Source: Phyllobates terribilis (taxonomy: Eukaryota). Taken from it: a DNA stretch of 62,500 bases. Shown here one piece after another: positions 11,495 through 24,223 of the stretch; within the stretch, counting starts at the first letter, position 1; the number at the start of each line of letters is the position of its first letter. A program made the position numbers and the translations under genes. Below the pieces are notes generated by a model. The model had not been told where the DNA came from. It was given only the letters and a program-made list of their open reading frames with translations, and made no database searches. The stretch spans positions 1 to 62,500 of the forward strand of contig NW_027367053.1 in assembly GCF_046119375.1 (NCBI RefSeq), read 5' to 3'.

Positions 11495-14400
11495 TGATGA
11501 GTAGCATATAGTATGGCATAACAAGTGGTTATTAGCATCATTTATCGGCGTATTGGACATGGTTTAGAGCATATCACCGTAGTCTGGACCTCGCAGAGTA
11601 AAGTGGTTAAACATGAGGATTACGAGCATTTGGGAGAAGACCAAAGAGGAAACGGCCAAAGGACAAAGCACGAACGAGCACGCAAGAGGAAGAAGTAGCA
11701 CCAAGGGAACCAGCCCAGGGCGCAACCGCGCCAAGGTTCTGCAAGGCGGCGTGACCGCGTCCGCCTAGGGTTTGTGTCGCGCGCCTTTTTATTTTTTGCG
11801 AGAGTTGTTGGGCTATTTTAACATAGTTTTGGATAGATTTTTTTGTTGGGATTTTGAGGGTTTATTCCTAGGGTTTCTAGGCTTTATAAATAGGGTTGAG
11901 AGATTTTCCTCATGAACATCATCCATTATTATCATTTCAGTTCAATTAGGTCTAGTTTACGTAGAATGAGGAGGGAGTAGTCTCCTTACTTTGTTCTCTA
12001 GGTGGAAGCCTGCAGAGATTGGTTTGTAAGACTTCTACCCTGGTTCTATATAAAATATTATTGAATTGTTTCATCTCTCTTGCTCTTGAATGATTACAGA
12101 ATATGATTTATCTATCTAGATTAGCTATCTAGGTTGTTTAGATCTAATTCAAATTGCTAGGTCTGATTTGTCCGAGTTGGAGAGTCTTACCGTTTGGTAG
12201 CAAATCAATTGATTGGGCTAGTTGAACTTGTGATTGTGTGGAGAATGATGATATGTTAGCAGCAAAGTGGCACTGCATGTTTCTATCTATTCATGAATGC
12301 ATTGTTGCCTAGGGATTAACTATTGATAGTTTCAGGGTTGTATTTAGGTAAGGGTTAATAGAACTAGTTGGACTATTAACTACATTAGAACATGAATTAG
12401 GGAAACCATAATATATGAATCAGAGATTGAACACAAATAGAAATTAGGAAGTCATTGATCAAACCAATCAATTCGTAGTGTGAATACCTAGTGAATAAAG
12501 TGTTTTCTGGTATTTGTTTCTTAGTTTAGTTTAGTTTAGTTTAGTTTAGTTAGCTTCAATTACTTTCCACCCATTCTTTGTTACTTTCAAGTTAATTAGA
12601 TTAATTGCACAAGAATTGATCATCAGACTCCCTGTAAGATCAACCCTTGCTTGCCACTCTACTTATAGAGGAGCTAGTTAGTTATAAATATTACTTTGAC
12701 GTGGCTAAACGGAGCTTGAAAAATTTGGCGTCGTTGCCGAGGAGTCTAAATTTCTTTTCTTGTGTTTTTGGTTTAATTAACTTTGGTGTTGGTAGTGATA
12801 CGGCCAACACCCGTGCTACTGATGAGTTTATATGATGAGCTTTTAGGAGGCGCACTAAGGGATTGTAAGGAAGCGGTATATGTATGCAAGGAGATGAAGG
12901 CGGCATTGGCCAAATGGACTGAGATGTTGGCTAAACGGGATGAAGCTGACACGACTAATATTTTGGGGGAATACGGGAATCCACACCATCGGTACGATCA
13001 ACAGTAGTATGATTAATACTCGCGGTTTAGAGATTATCCCCAATTTGAGAAGCAGCAGAAGTGGGAGCCTCATAGTCCACAACCTAATACCGGGTCTTTC
13101 ACTCGGACTTTGAGGATGATCATGGTTGAGCGCCTCGTAAAGAACAACCGGAATGTCGAAACAAGCATCGAAGATATGGGCGAGCATACCACGCAAGAGA
13201 TCCTCAGGCAAATGGAGGAGCAGATGGAGAAATTAAGGCAGGTAATGTCTACCTTGGAGAAGAATTAGCCCAATGCATTGTAGCCTCAGAACATAGTCAA
13301 CTCGAGAGTAGTTAGTGTCAACACTATGACAATAAGTTGCAACCCAAGCTCGGAGGATATGCAAGCTGATGAAGAGGAGTTTAAGACTGAATTACCGAAA
13401 GACATGCACCTACAGCCCGAGGAGCGCGAACACGATCCAGCCACTACAGAGCAGCACGTCCGCGCCCCGGAGACACGCAACCACACTACACCCCATGCAG
13501 CCTCGCACGACCGCGCCTTGACGGTGATGGTTCCGTAAATTCCTGCGCGACCGCGCCCACCTCCTCGTGTTCGCCCCAGCCCTCTAATCCCACGCGCGAC
13601 CACGCCACGTACTTGCACGCTCGCGTCCTCCTCTCTTCTGATTTGTGCACCCGCGCACTAGATCCACATACTCGAGCCCGCTTTGCAACCGTTGTCCGCG
13701 AAGGTCTCCCTCAGTTGTTGGACATCGATGAGTACGATCCAGGTTCACCATTAGATGATGAGGGAGAGTTACTTGATCCGGGAGATGATCGCAAGTTGTG
13801 CCAAACCACATACGTGCATCCACACCTCCGAATGTTCGGGATTCTGGAATCTCGAGCACATGTGCCTCATCATACAAATCACCTAAAGAGGCCATGCACG
13901 GTGAGGAAGAAGAAGAAGAGAGGGTGGTACGATAAGAGAATTAGGAAAAAGCGAGGTGCCAGATCCTATGTTGTGAGGAAGAAGAGCGGATCTATAGATG
14001 AGATGGCCTTCGAGGGGCCATGTGTTGGTTGAAAGGAAATAATAAGTCGGGCCTACGACTCTAACCAAAGGCGTTATCCAGAAGGAAACCCGTCTAAGAG
14101 GTAATTTTCTTTGCTTCCATTTCTTTTATCATTGTTCCATATTTCACAACGAGGATATTGTGTAGTTTAAGTGTGGGGGAGGGGATTTACTTCACCTATC
14201 TTAGCAATTTCAGTTATTTTTTAGCATTCTTGAATTTTTAGAGTCGGTATTCATAGTCTTCCCCCTATTTTTATGATGTGTGAACTTTTGTAATGGTGCA
14301 TGGACTTTGAATCTTTTTACTATGTTTTAGATGTTAATATTTCAAGTATGTACGGTGAGGATATGTTTGATCAAGTAGAGGACTTTGACTTGAGCATGTG

Positions 14401-16425
14401 GATTATCATTAGGATGCATTAGGACCGATACCAAGATTGCATGTTCACCATCTCTTCTCTAGTTTGTCATTATGTCATAATATCTTGCTTCTGTCCATCT
14501 TCAATATGTGTAAAACGAAGACGGCCTGGACCATAAGATGAACGGGCCCATTACTTGAATAAATAATTTGATAAAATAAATTGGCCCGGACCGTAAAATG
14601 GACGGGCCCGATGCCTAAATACAAATTGGCCTGGACCATAAGACGGGCGGGCCCAGTGCTTAATAAGTAATTGTAGAGTAAGAAGTACATGAATAGGATT
14701 AAAAGGATCAATAAAAAGTGCATGTGATATGACTTGAGTTGAGTTGTGGTCTTTTGTTTGCTTTCGATGGTATTAAAGCGCGTGCATAATTATCATAGAA
14801 TATGAAGCATGCTAGGACGAGAATTAGTTGCTTATTTGATCTTCCGTTATTCGCATTTATATATTACTTGGATAGAGACATATTTAGAATAGTTTTAGGA
14901 TTCAGGTTAATGTACTCACGTTGACATAGCTCAAGTTTAGGGAATAATTGATGTCATTGTTGAGTCAGTTTAGAGTTTCATTAAGTCTTGTATTACCTTT
15001 GAGAATTTCTAGTAGAGTCGGAGTCTACGCCCATGCTTTTGATGATTTTAGGTACCGGGAGATAGAGTGTTGATCGACGACCACTTTAGTCATGTCTTCC
15101 ATACTCGCTAAGATAGACAAGTAATTAGCAGCAACTTATTTGAGGACGAGCAAGGTTTAAGTGTAGGGGTGTGATGAGCGGCATCTAGTATAGCGTAAAG
15201 AGTGGTTATTAGCATCATATATCGGCATATTGGCCATGTTTTAGAGCATATCACCGTAGTCTGGGCCTCACATAATAAAGTGATTAAACACGAGGATTAC
15301 AAGCATTTGGGAGAAGACCAAAGAGGAAACGGCCAAAGGACGAAGCACAAACGCGCACGCCAGAGGACGAATCCGCACCAAGGAAACCAGCCCAGGGCGC
15401 GACTGTGTCCTAGGTGACGCGACCACGCCAAGGTTCTACAAGGTAGCGTGACCACACCCACATTGGTGCGACCGTGCCCGTCTAGGGTTTGTGTTGCGTC
15501 TTCTTATTTTCTACGGGAGTTTTTGGGCTATTTTAACCTAGTTTGGAATGGAGTTTTGGGTTGGACTTTTGAGGGTTTACTCCTAGGGTTTTCTAGGCTT
15601 TGTAAATAAGGTTGAGATAGTTTCCTCATGCCCATCATCCATTATTATCATTTCAATTCGATTAGGTCTAGTTTACATAGAATGAGGAGCGAGTAGTCTC
15701 CTTAGCTTTGTTCTCCAGGTGGAAGCATGCGGAGATTGGTTTGTAAGATTTATACCCTAGTTCTATATAATATATTATTGTATTGTTTCATCTCTCTTGC
15801 TCTTGAATGATTACTGAATATGATTTATCTATCTAGATTAGCTACCTAGGTTGTTTAGATCTAGTTCAAATTGCTAGGTCTAATTTGTCCAAGTTGGAGA
15901 GTCTTACCATTTGGTAGCAAATCTAGGCTAGTTGAACTTGTGATTGTGTGGAGAATGATGATATGTTAGCAACCAAGTGGCACTACATGTTGCTATCTAT
16001 TCCTGAATGCATTGCTTTCTATTGATTAACTCTTGATAGTTTCAGGGTTGTATTTAGGTAAGGGTTAATAGGACCAGTTGGACTATTAACTACATTAGAA
16101 TAGGGATTAGGGAAACCATAATATATGAATTAGAGATTGAACCCGAATAGAAATTAGTAAGTCAATGATCAAACCAATCAATTTGTAGTGTGAATACCTA
16201 GTGAATAAAGTGTTTTCTAGTATTTGTTTCTTAGTTTAGTTTAGTTTAGTTTAGTTAGTTTCAATTACATTCCCTCTTTCTTTGTTACTTTCAAGTTAAT
16301 TAGATTAATTGCACAAGAATTTATCACTAGACTCCTTGTGGCATCGACCCTTGCTTGCCACTCTACTTGTACAGGAGCTAGTTAGGTATAAATATTACTT
16401 TGACGCGGATAAACGAAGCTCGTCA
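11495..16425 (+). mobile_element. Complete non-autonomous (LARD-like) Athila-derived element, 4.9 kb, inserted in inverted orientation into a copy of its own family
   Basis: 5' LTR 11495-12721, PBS TGGCGTCGTTGCCGAGGA at 12726-12743, PPT GTTTAAGTGTAGGGG before the 3' LTR (about 15172-16425). TSD CTAAT (11490-11494) / CTCAT (16426-16430). The internal region has only broken gag-like remnants and no RT, RNase H or integrase. Confidence 0.88.
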
Positions 16426-18656
16426 CTCATCTTGTGTGGCCTCTTTAGGTGATTTGTAGGATGAGGCACAGGTGCTTGGGACTCCAGAGTTCTCTCGGAT
16501 CAAGTAACTCTCCCTTATTGTCTAATGGTGGACCCGGATCATACTCATTGATGTTAAACAGTGGGGAGAAACCTTTGTGGAAAAATAGTTGCGAAGCAGG
16601 CGCGGGTACGCGGATATGGTGTGTGGGCATGCACATTGGCAGAGAGGAGGACGCGGGCGCGTATGTACGGGATGCAGTTGCGCATGGGATCAAGGGGCTC
16701 GGCTCGGGCATGCAATGGAGGGTGCGGTCATGCAAGGAGTTCCGAAAACAGCACCGTAAACGCGCGCTCGCGTGGCTCGAGTGCGTGGTCACACACGGCT
16801 GCAGGGCTGGTCACGTGGTCGTGTACGACTAAGGTGCGGTCGCGCACATCTTCAGTAGTGTTAGCACGGTCGTGTATCTCCAAGGGGTGGGCGCGAGGCT
16901 CTAGAGAGGTTGGCTTGTGTTCGCGCTCCTCGGGTTGTGGGTGCGTGTCTCTTGGTTCTTTAACCTCAATCTCCTCTTTATCAACTTGCATCTCCTCCAA
17001 GCCTTGATCGCTACTTGTTTCCACGTCTTTGACACTGATAACGCTTTGGTGGATTGCGATTTGATGTTGTAGCTCGGCATAATCTTGCAACTGAATAAAT
17101 ATGATTGTCGTATTTGCTTAATCCAGTATTCCATATAGTTAAAATGCTTGTTGAACATGCCACGGGCGCGGATCCCCACATCTTTCAACAGCGTTAACCA
17201 ACGTCTTGCTCAAGATTAGCCAACTGGTAAAGCGCGTCCTTGATTTCAGCCATTCCCTTGGTTCTCTTATTCCATTCTCCTTCTTTCTTGCAAGCTTATC
17301 ATGTAAACTCATCAGTAGCATGGGTGCTGCCAAACAATAGCCAGCACCAAAGTTAATCAAACGAAAAACACAAGAAACGAAGTTTAGACTCCCCAGCAAT
17401 AGTGCCAAATTTGATGAGCGACGTTTAGCCCTGTCAAAATAATAATTCCTAACTAACTACTCTAACTAGCAGAGTGGGAAGAAAGGGTTGATCCCACAGT
17501 GAATCGAGTATTGATTCTTGTGTATTTAATATAATTAACTCTAAAGTAATAAAAGGGGGGAGTAATTGAAACTAACTAACTAATTGATTGAAGGAAAGCA
17601 ATAGAGAAAATACCTTATTTAGCAGGTATCCACACAACGGAATGATTGGTTGATCATTAACTTCTTAATTACTATTCGGGTTCATCTTATATTTCATATA
17701 TTATGGTTGTCCTAATCCCTGTTCTTATATAGTTAATAGTCCAACTAGTCATAATAACCCTTACTCAACTACAACCCTGAAACTATCAAGATTTAAGAAT
17801 CAAGCAGCAATGAACTCAGGAATAAATAGGAACATGCGGTACCATTGGATCAAGGCCGATATTTAACACATCATCAACTCTCCCTACAATAACAATTCCA
17901 ACTGGGTCATGCATTGATTTGCTACCAAACGATAGGACTCTCCAACTCGGACAAGTCAAACCTAGCAATTTGAATAGATCTAAACAGCCTAGATAGCTAA
18001 GCTAGATAGATAAATCGCATTCAATAAAATCAATTAAGATCAAGATAGATGAAACAAATTCAATAATATAATTTAGAACCAAGATAGAAGTCTTATAAAC
18101 CAATCATTTGCATGCTTCAACCTGATGAACAAAGGAAGGAGACTATTGTTGCCTCATTCTAAACTACATAAACTAATGAATAATGGATAACAATGGATAG
18201 GAAGGAGGTAAATCTCTCAACCCTATTTATAAAATATAATAAGCCTAGAAACAACTCCTAAAAAGCCTAGCTCGAAACTCCACCCGAAACTAGGTAAAAA
18301 GGCTCGACGAATCTCGCAGCAAAGAAAAGGGTCGGCCACCAGCCCAGCCGGGCGCGAGCGCGCGCATCTGGGCACGAACGCGCCACCACGCAGGGCCTTG
18401 GTGCAGTCGTGCCACCTAGGATGCGGTCGCGTCACCTTGCAAGACCTAGGCGCGGCTGCGTCTTCATGTGTGAACGATCTTGCTTTGTCCTTTGGCCATT
18501 TTCTCTTCGTTCTTCTCCCAAATGTTTGTTATCCTTGTGTTTAACACCTTTTCTCTTCAAGGTTCAGAATGCAATTATATGCTCCAAATCATGGTCAATT
18601 CGCCTATAAATGATGTTAACGACCACTTGTTGTGGTGTACTAAACATCGCCAATCA

Positions 18657-19868
18657 CATAGTTATTAAGCTCAGTTCCCTAAATTTCTTAAGGTTTTTAT
18701 CGGAGAGCCTATTAGACAGATCTAAGCTTTCAATTATTAATCCCAAAACTTCTTCCTCATACTCAATATCTTGTTTTCCAAGAGTCTCTTTATCATCAAG
18801 TAAGCCTCTAATCATGTTAACAAGTTTGTCTTTACCTAGGATGTTAAGGCGGTTAACAAAAGTAAGTCGCTTCATCCGAATTTTCCATAAGGCACATGCC
18901 TTGGAAGCCTTCATGAAGATTAGATTCATCATCATCTTCTCCCCACACAAAAATAGAGTCTTTTGTTCAGCTGGTTCCACTTTGGCCTTAGTGCATGTCT
19001 TAGCGAGATGACCCTTCTCTTGGCAGTTGTAGCAAGTGTAGTCCTTGAGGTCTCTTTTGGAGGTTGAACCAGCAGCTTGTGAGTTTTTGTTCTTGAAGAA
19101 CTTCTTGACCATCGTTGTTATAAGGGAGATTTTCATATCTTCATCCTCATCATCACCCTCTTCATTTTCCATCTTTTCTAGGAATCTCGTGAGCTTTAAG
19201 CCAGTCCCTCTTGTTTCCTTGATCGCGCTACTTCTTTGATTGTCAACGGTTTCTTGATCAAAGAACTTCCCAAATATGTTCATTACTGGAAGGTTCTTCC
19301 TTTCGGCGGACATGAGAGCAATTCTTCTAGTCAGCTCATATTTCTCACTCATTCCATAGATGATCGCCATAGATTGTTCCCATTGAGGGATTTTGACTCC
19401 AGAGACACTTAGCTTATCCAATAGAATGGTGAATCTTGATTTGCATGCAGACGCGCTTTCTCCAGGAAGCATCTTGAAGGCATGAAACTCCCTTTGAAAA
19501 TTGAAATTGCGGTTGTTTTTCATGTCGTCGCTCCCTCTATGGATGGAAATGATGGCCTCCCACATTTCCTTGGCAGTGGCTATGCTAATCACCTTGTCTA
19601 TGTCAGTCTGTGTGAGTCCAATGAGGATGAGCTAGCGAGCCTTGGTGTTCTTCTCCATATTGATGAAGTGCTCGGGTGTCCATTCCTTTCTTTCCTTGAC
19701 ATTTGCAGGGATTTCCTCCTCACCGAGTTCAACGATCTTCTAGCATTGGTAGTATTGGGTTTAAATGTAGGTCGTGTGAACTCCCCACCACTAATCGAGT
19801 TCTCCATCTTGAAGTTGATGTGTCTTGTGGATGGAGACAACGGGGGTGAATTCTCTGGTCTTGGTCAT
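18657..19868 (-). pseudogene. copia gag (family B)
   Basis: 312-aa ORF with CCHC knuckle plus frameshifted N-terminal codons (KIVELGEEEIPANVKERKEW). It ends abruptly at the Athila LTR boundary. Confidence 0.85.
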
Positions 19869-20693
19869 TGCTTTAGAATTGAATTCTGCTTTGATACCAA
19901 ATGTAGGATTGTTGAAGGGCCTTGATCTTAGGAACCGATATTTGAGTTCCTAAGAGTGGAATTCAAGCTAGTAGCAATGTGTTTAAGTAACTCGTGGAGC
20001 ACAAGATATAAAACTCAAAGCACTCTTTGATTGAATCACAAGAGTTACAACCTAATTTGAACACACAGTTCTAGTCTCGACACACGACTCTCTTATCAGG
20101 CTTGTACAGACTCCCTTCTCTCAATAGATCTAAGTTGCTTGGAACACTTAACTCTCTAGCTCTCAAAAGCTTAACTCGCTAAACACTAATCTTCGACTAG
20201 ATAACCTTGTAAAAACCCTAGAACATCACTTTATATAGTTGAAAAATAAAATCTATTTCCTGAAATGAAATATTCAAATAAAGCTAGATACATTGAATCA
20301 AAACAACAAAATCTCAACTGTTTCCTTAAACGAAGTAGCTTTCCTAAAATAGGAAGTGAGAAAGATTCTTTCCAAGAATAATGCTCGGTCCCCTTCATCT
20401 ATAACCTTCGGTTCCCTTCACATTCATATTTTTGTAACTCTCTGTTGGTCCCCTTTGAGCAGTATAAGCGATGTCGCTCTTCCTATGTTATTTCTCTACT
20501 TCGGTTCCCTTGAGCTATATCAGCGCATTGCTCTATTTCTTGATTATCCTCTTCGGTTTCCTTCAGCGATATTGAAGCTCTTTAGTTCCTATGTGTTTGA
20601 ACTTGATAAACCAACTACTTCTCCTTGAGCATGATTTCAATGTAAGCTATATCATAATCCTGTAATGACTCACTCAAGGTAGATATTAGAACA
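18657..20693 (-). mobile_element. copia family B remnant: 5' LTR (19902 to about 20693), PBS (19888-19899) and gag, cut off by the Athila-like insertion
   Basis: PBS TGGTATCAAAGC. gag ORF 18654-19592 has a UBN2-type core and CYNCQEKGHLAKTC. The LTR outer end at ...TTAGAACA (20693) is a best estimate. Confidence 0.8.
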
Positions 20694-20785
20694 ATAGTCC
20701 TAATATATTATAAATTTAGCTTTTTGTAGTCGCTTTGTTCATTAATGTCTTCATTGGTTTTTGTAGTTGCTTTGTTTTCTTTTTG

Positions 20786-21333
20786 AAAGGTTGTAGTTGC
20801 TTCACCTTCAATTCCCAATTCCAAGAGTCGCCATTAATGGCGGTTCTGTTGACCTCCCCTTCCTCATGCCTTGGAACATCATAAAATCACTCCAATTAGT
20901 TGCTTTGTTCATTATTGCCTTCATTGGTTTTTGTAGTTGCTTTTTTTTAAAGGTTGTAGTTGCTTCACCTTATATTATAAATTTAGGTTTTTGTAGTTGC
21001 TTTGTTCATTAATGTCTTCTTTGGGTTTTGTAGTTGTTTTTTTTAAAGGTTGTAGTTGCTTCACCTTCAATTTGCAATTCCAAGAGTCGTCATTATTGGC
21101 GGTTCTGTTGACCTCCCCATCCTTATGCCTCGGAACGTCATAAAATCACTCCAATTAGTTGCTTTTTCATTAATGCCTTCATTAGTTTTTATAGTTGCTT
21201 TGTTTTGTTTTGTTTTTTTGAAAGGTTGTAGTTGCTTCACCTTCAATTCGCAATTCCAAGAGTCGCCATTAATGGCGGTTCTGTTGACCTCCCCTTCCCA
21301 ATGCCTCAGATCGTCATAAAGTCACTCCAATTG
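20786..21333. repeat. Three dispersed-tandem copies of an about 110-bp unit with T-rich TTGTAGTTGC spacers
   Basis: Units at about 20786-20898, 21046-21160 and 21224-21333. Copies 1 and 3 contain the perfect palindrome CGCCATTAATGGCG. Confidence 0.9.
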
Positions 21334-21358
21334 ATAGAAATAAGATTAAACGAGAACC

Positions 21359-24223
21359 ATGGATTCTGCAGAGATGAAAGGCAAGGCGGTTGTTGTGGAG
21401 GACGAGTATGTGGGCTTGGACCAATTAGTAGAGGGTATGGTTATTGTTGTGAAGGTGATGGTGTATCGCAAATGGGATGCTGCAAATTCTTTCGGAAAGT
21501 ATTTGAGCAACAAGTGCATAATGTTGGACTGCCAGGTGAATTTTCAATCCATGCAATCAATCCTTTACTTCATAACATGATGCTTTTTTGCTAATACACA
21601 ATCAATCCTTACAATATTGAACAGTTGCCTTGGGTCGTGTACTCTCTGATTTGCCTAAATATTGTTTTAAACAATTCATCATATTCAGTAATACACACTT
21701 CATTAGATTCTAATTGGTATTCTGATTTGAAAGGTCCATTTTCAGTGTTCCAACAACAGTTTGGTTGTTAACTGTCATTTGGGTAAATCCTACATCATCA
21801 TGGTTAATTTATCAGTATAGTAATATTGAACAGTTGCCTTGGGTCGTGTACTCTCCTATTCGCCGAAATATTGTTCTAAAAAATTCATCATATTCAGTAA
21901 TACATTCACTTTATTAGATTCTAACTAATATTCTGATTTGAAAGGTCTATTTTTAGTGTTCCAACAAAAATTTGGTTGTTAACCGTCATTTGGATAAATC
22001 CTACATCACCATGGTTAATTTATCAGTATAGTTTTGAGATTAGCATTTGATTTTCTTTTCTCTCTTATCTTGCAGCAAGGATCTAATATGTGAAGTAGTA
22101 ACTTTGTGCATTAGTGTTGTGTTATAGTGTATTTTATTTTAACTTGGAAACTTGTGTGGGAATTCGATATTGTGTATGTTGTTATACAATATATGTGGTT
22201 CAGTTGATAATGTGCTCTCCTATTCTTATTCAATCAGGGGAATTCGATATTGTGTTCGGCTCAAAGCAACATTTCTCATTGTTTTGTTTGTAAGCTGCAT
22301 GAGGGCAGTGTCTATAGCTTGAAGAATTTCTGTGTGTTGCCTAACAAGGAGAAATACTGGATCCGAAGAAGTGACCCACTGATCATTTCTCTTGAGGGAT
22401 ACATTGTTGTTAAGAAGTTATCATGTCCTATGGCTGGCTTCGTTAGATTCCCATTCTAGTTCATTCCGCTTGAGGATGTGAAGTGCAACGAATCCGCTTT
22501 CCTTATAAGTATATAGTCGGACTACTTGCCCCTTAATTATTTTTTTGGTATCCTCACAACACGTGATCAGTTGCGCCGTCAACATCGGTAAGCTGAGGAC
22601 GACCAAGGGAGGAACTGAGTTGTTGGAATGTGAAATTGTGAATGAGCGGTACACCCTCCCTCCTTAGTCTTTGTTATTTGACTTAGTTACCGAGTAAAGG
22701 ATGACCTATTCTCCAATTACTCTCTTAATTACAAAGCTTTCTCAGTGTTATTTTGTGTTGTTTGCTGAGTTTTCTCCAGAGATTCGAGAATGAAGGTCAC
22801 ACTTTGGCCTCCTCTGTGCACTGAACTCATTAAGAGGAAGGGTGCATCAGTCCACTCATATGTAGTGATTTTCCCTTCGGTGAATGGAAAAGAATTTAGG
22901 GGTAAGTGAAGTTAGTACTTCTCTACATCAAAGAAGCCAATTTTAAACTTAAAATTGTCAAGAAAATAGTAGCAAGCAAACCTTATGACAATCTAAACTT
23001 AAAATTCTTTGTTTTCATTATGTGATTGTCTTTGTGTGAACAGGGGAGTCGTTCTTATCTAGCATATCTGCTATAACACTCTTTGACGATCCTGATATTC
23101 CTCAAAATAGCGGCACTCATAACCCTCCTTAAGTAAGGTTTATTTTCATTTGGAGACTATGTTCATTAAGAATTCTTTAACCGACATGCCTTGCTTGTAC
23201 ACTCTAGGGAAGATGAAAAAGCCATTATTACTAAGTGGCCTACGCAACCAACCATCAATAAAGGGTCTGTTTTCCAATTATTGAGGGCGGGTAGGGACCA
23301 AAAGGAGACAGGAAAGAAGGTAAGTTGTCCTATCCTCATACCCTTGCATTGTGATTCATGTGTATTTGTATATGTATGTGTCTAATTTCTTTACTCACTC
23401 AGAGCTCCACGTACCATTGCAAGGTTCGTATTATCAATGTACGGACTAAATATGGTTGGTTCTATTTTTCATGTGGGATCGATGGATGCAAGAAACGAGT
23501 ATCTCGCTCTGGTTCGAAGTTCATGTGCCAGACTTGCAGCAAAACGTGTGAGTTCCTCGAACAAGGTATGTATCTCACTACATTTGGGTGACCTACAATC
23601 TTTGTTTCCATTGTAAATTCTGAGTTTAACATATGCTACACCAAACAGCTATCGCCTGCATGTGAATGTTGGGGACTCAACTGGCTCGGTTGTTATCACA
23701 TTGTTTGATGAGGTTGCTGCTAAGCTGGTAGGGAAGAAGGCTGCTCAACTGTTGGAAGAAAATGAGGTGGGTTATTTAATCACGTGATTTGTAGTGTAAG
23801 ATGATCTTAATGGGATAATTCGTGTGTTACCGCTGCACGTTTTTGGTTGACAAGGATGACGGGGACGGCAGTGTGCTCCCTGCAGCAATACTATCCTTGG
23901 AGAACACAAGCCATACCTTCGAGATGAAGACCCACACATACTATGACCAAGGATCTTATGAAAGCTTCACAACAAGTGATTTGATTATGTCTGCAGATTT
24001 GAAGGTAAAAACAGTAATGAAATCCTCTATACAATTATACTTATAATGCATTGCACCTGGTGTAAATTAGAGGATACAATTATACTTATAGTGTACTGCA
24101 CCTGGTGTAAATTAGAGGATGTGTTTCTGCACTAAAATAAACAGCCTAACATCACATTTTTTTATCAAGTGCTTATAATAGTTTTGTGTTGTTTTTTCCA
24201 GGGATAAAAATGAAGATGAATAA
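21359..24223 (+). pseudogene. Helitron RPA70-like (OB-fold ssDNA-binding) gene 1, multi-exon
   Basis: GT-AG exons encode VKVMVYRKWD..., KLHEGSVYSLKNF, DVISCAV, VTLWP, GWFYFSCGIDGCKKRV..FMCQTC (RPA-C zinc-finger pattern) and YRLHVNVGDSTGS..TLFDE. There is an in-frame TAG at 22457-22459. The last exon boundary is approximate. Confidence 0.8.
21613..22030. repeat. About 210-bp tandem duplication in intron 1 of RPA-like gene 1
   Basis: AATATTGAACAGTTGCCTTGGGTCGTGTACTCT...TTTATCAGTATAGT occurs twice in succession. Confidence 0.85.

Larger units (their letters stand above)
8152..18656 (-). mobile_element. Non-autonomous Athila-like Ty3/gypsy element (host copy) with two nested insertions; 3' LTR truncated
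   Basis: 5' LTR 17412-18656, PBS TGGCACTATTGCTGGGGA at 17390-17407, PPT GTTTAAGTGTGGAGG at about 8856-8872, partial 3' LTR 8152-8854. Carries the Athila-type motif GGAGGCAACCC near 9935-9950. The internal sequence is colinear with the nested copy once the insertions are removed. Confidence 0.85.

Noticed and set aside
12524-12552. (GTTTA)n run, also at about 16231-16258, as interstitial telomere repeat
   Set aside because: The unit is 5 bp, not TTTAGGG, and it sits at the same position in both LTRs.
13613-14032. 139-aa ORF and similar ORFs at 16445-17090 as host genes
   Set aside because: They lie within the internal region of the Athila-like copies, and frames differ between copies.
20797-21594. 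Three similar ORFs beginning MLHLQF as a small-peptide gene family
   Set aside because: They arise from the tandem repeat unit (TTG starts) and diverge immediately after it.
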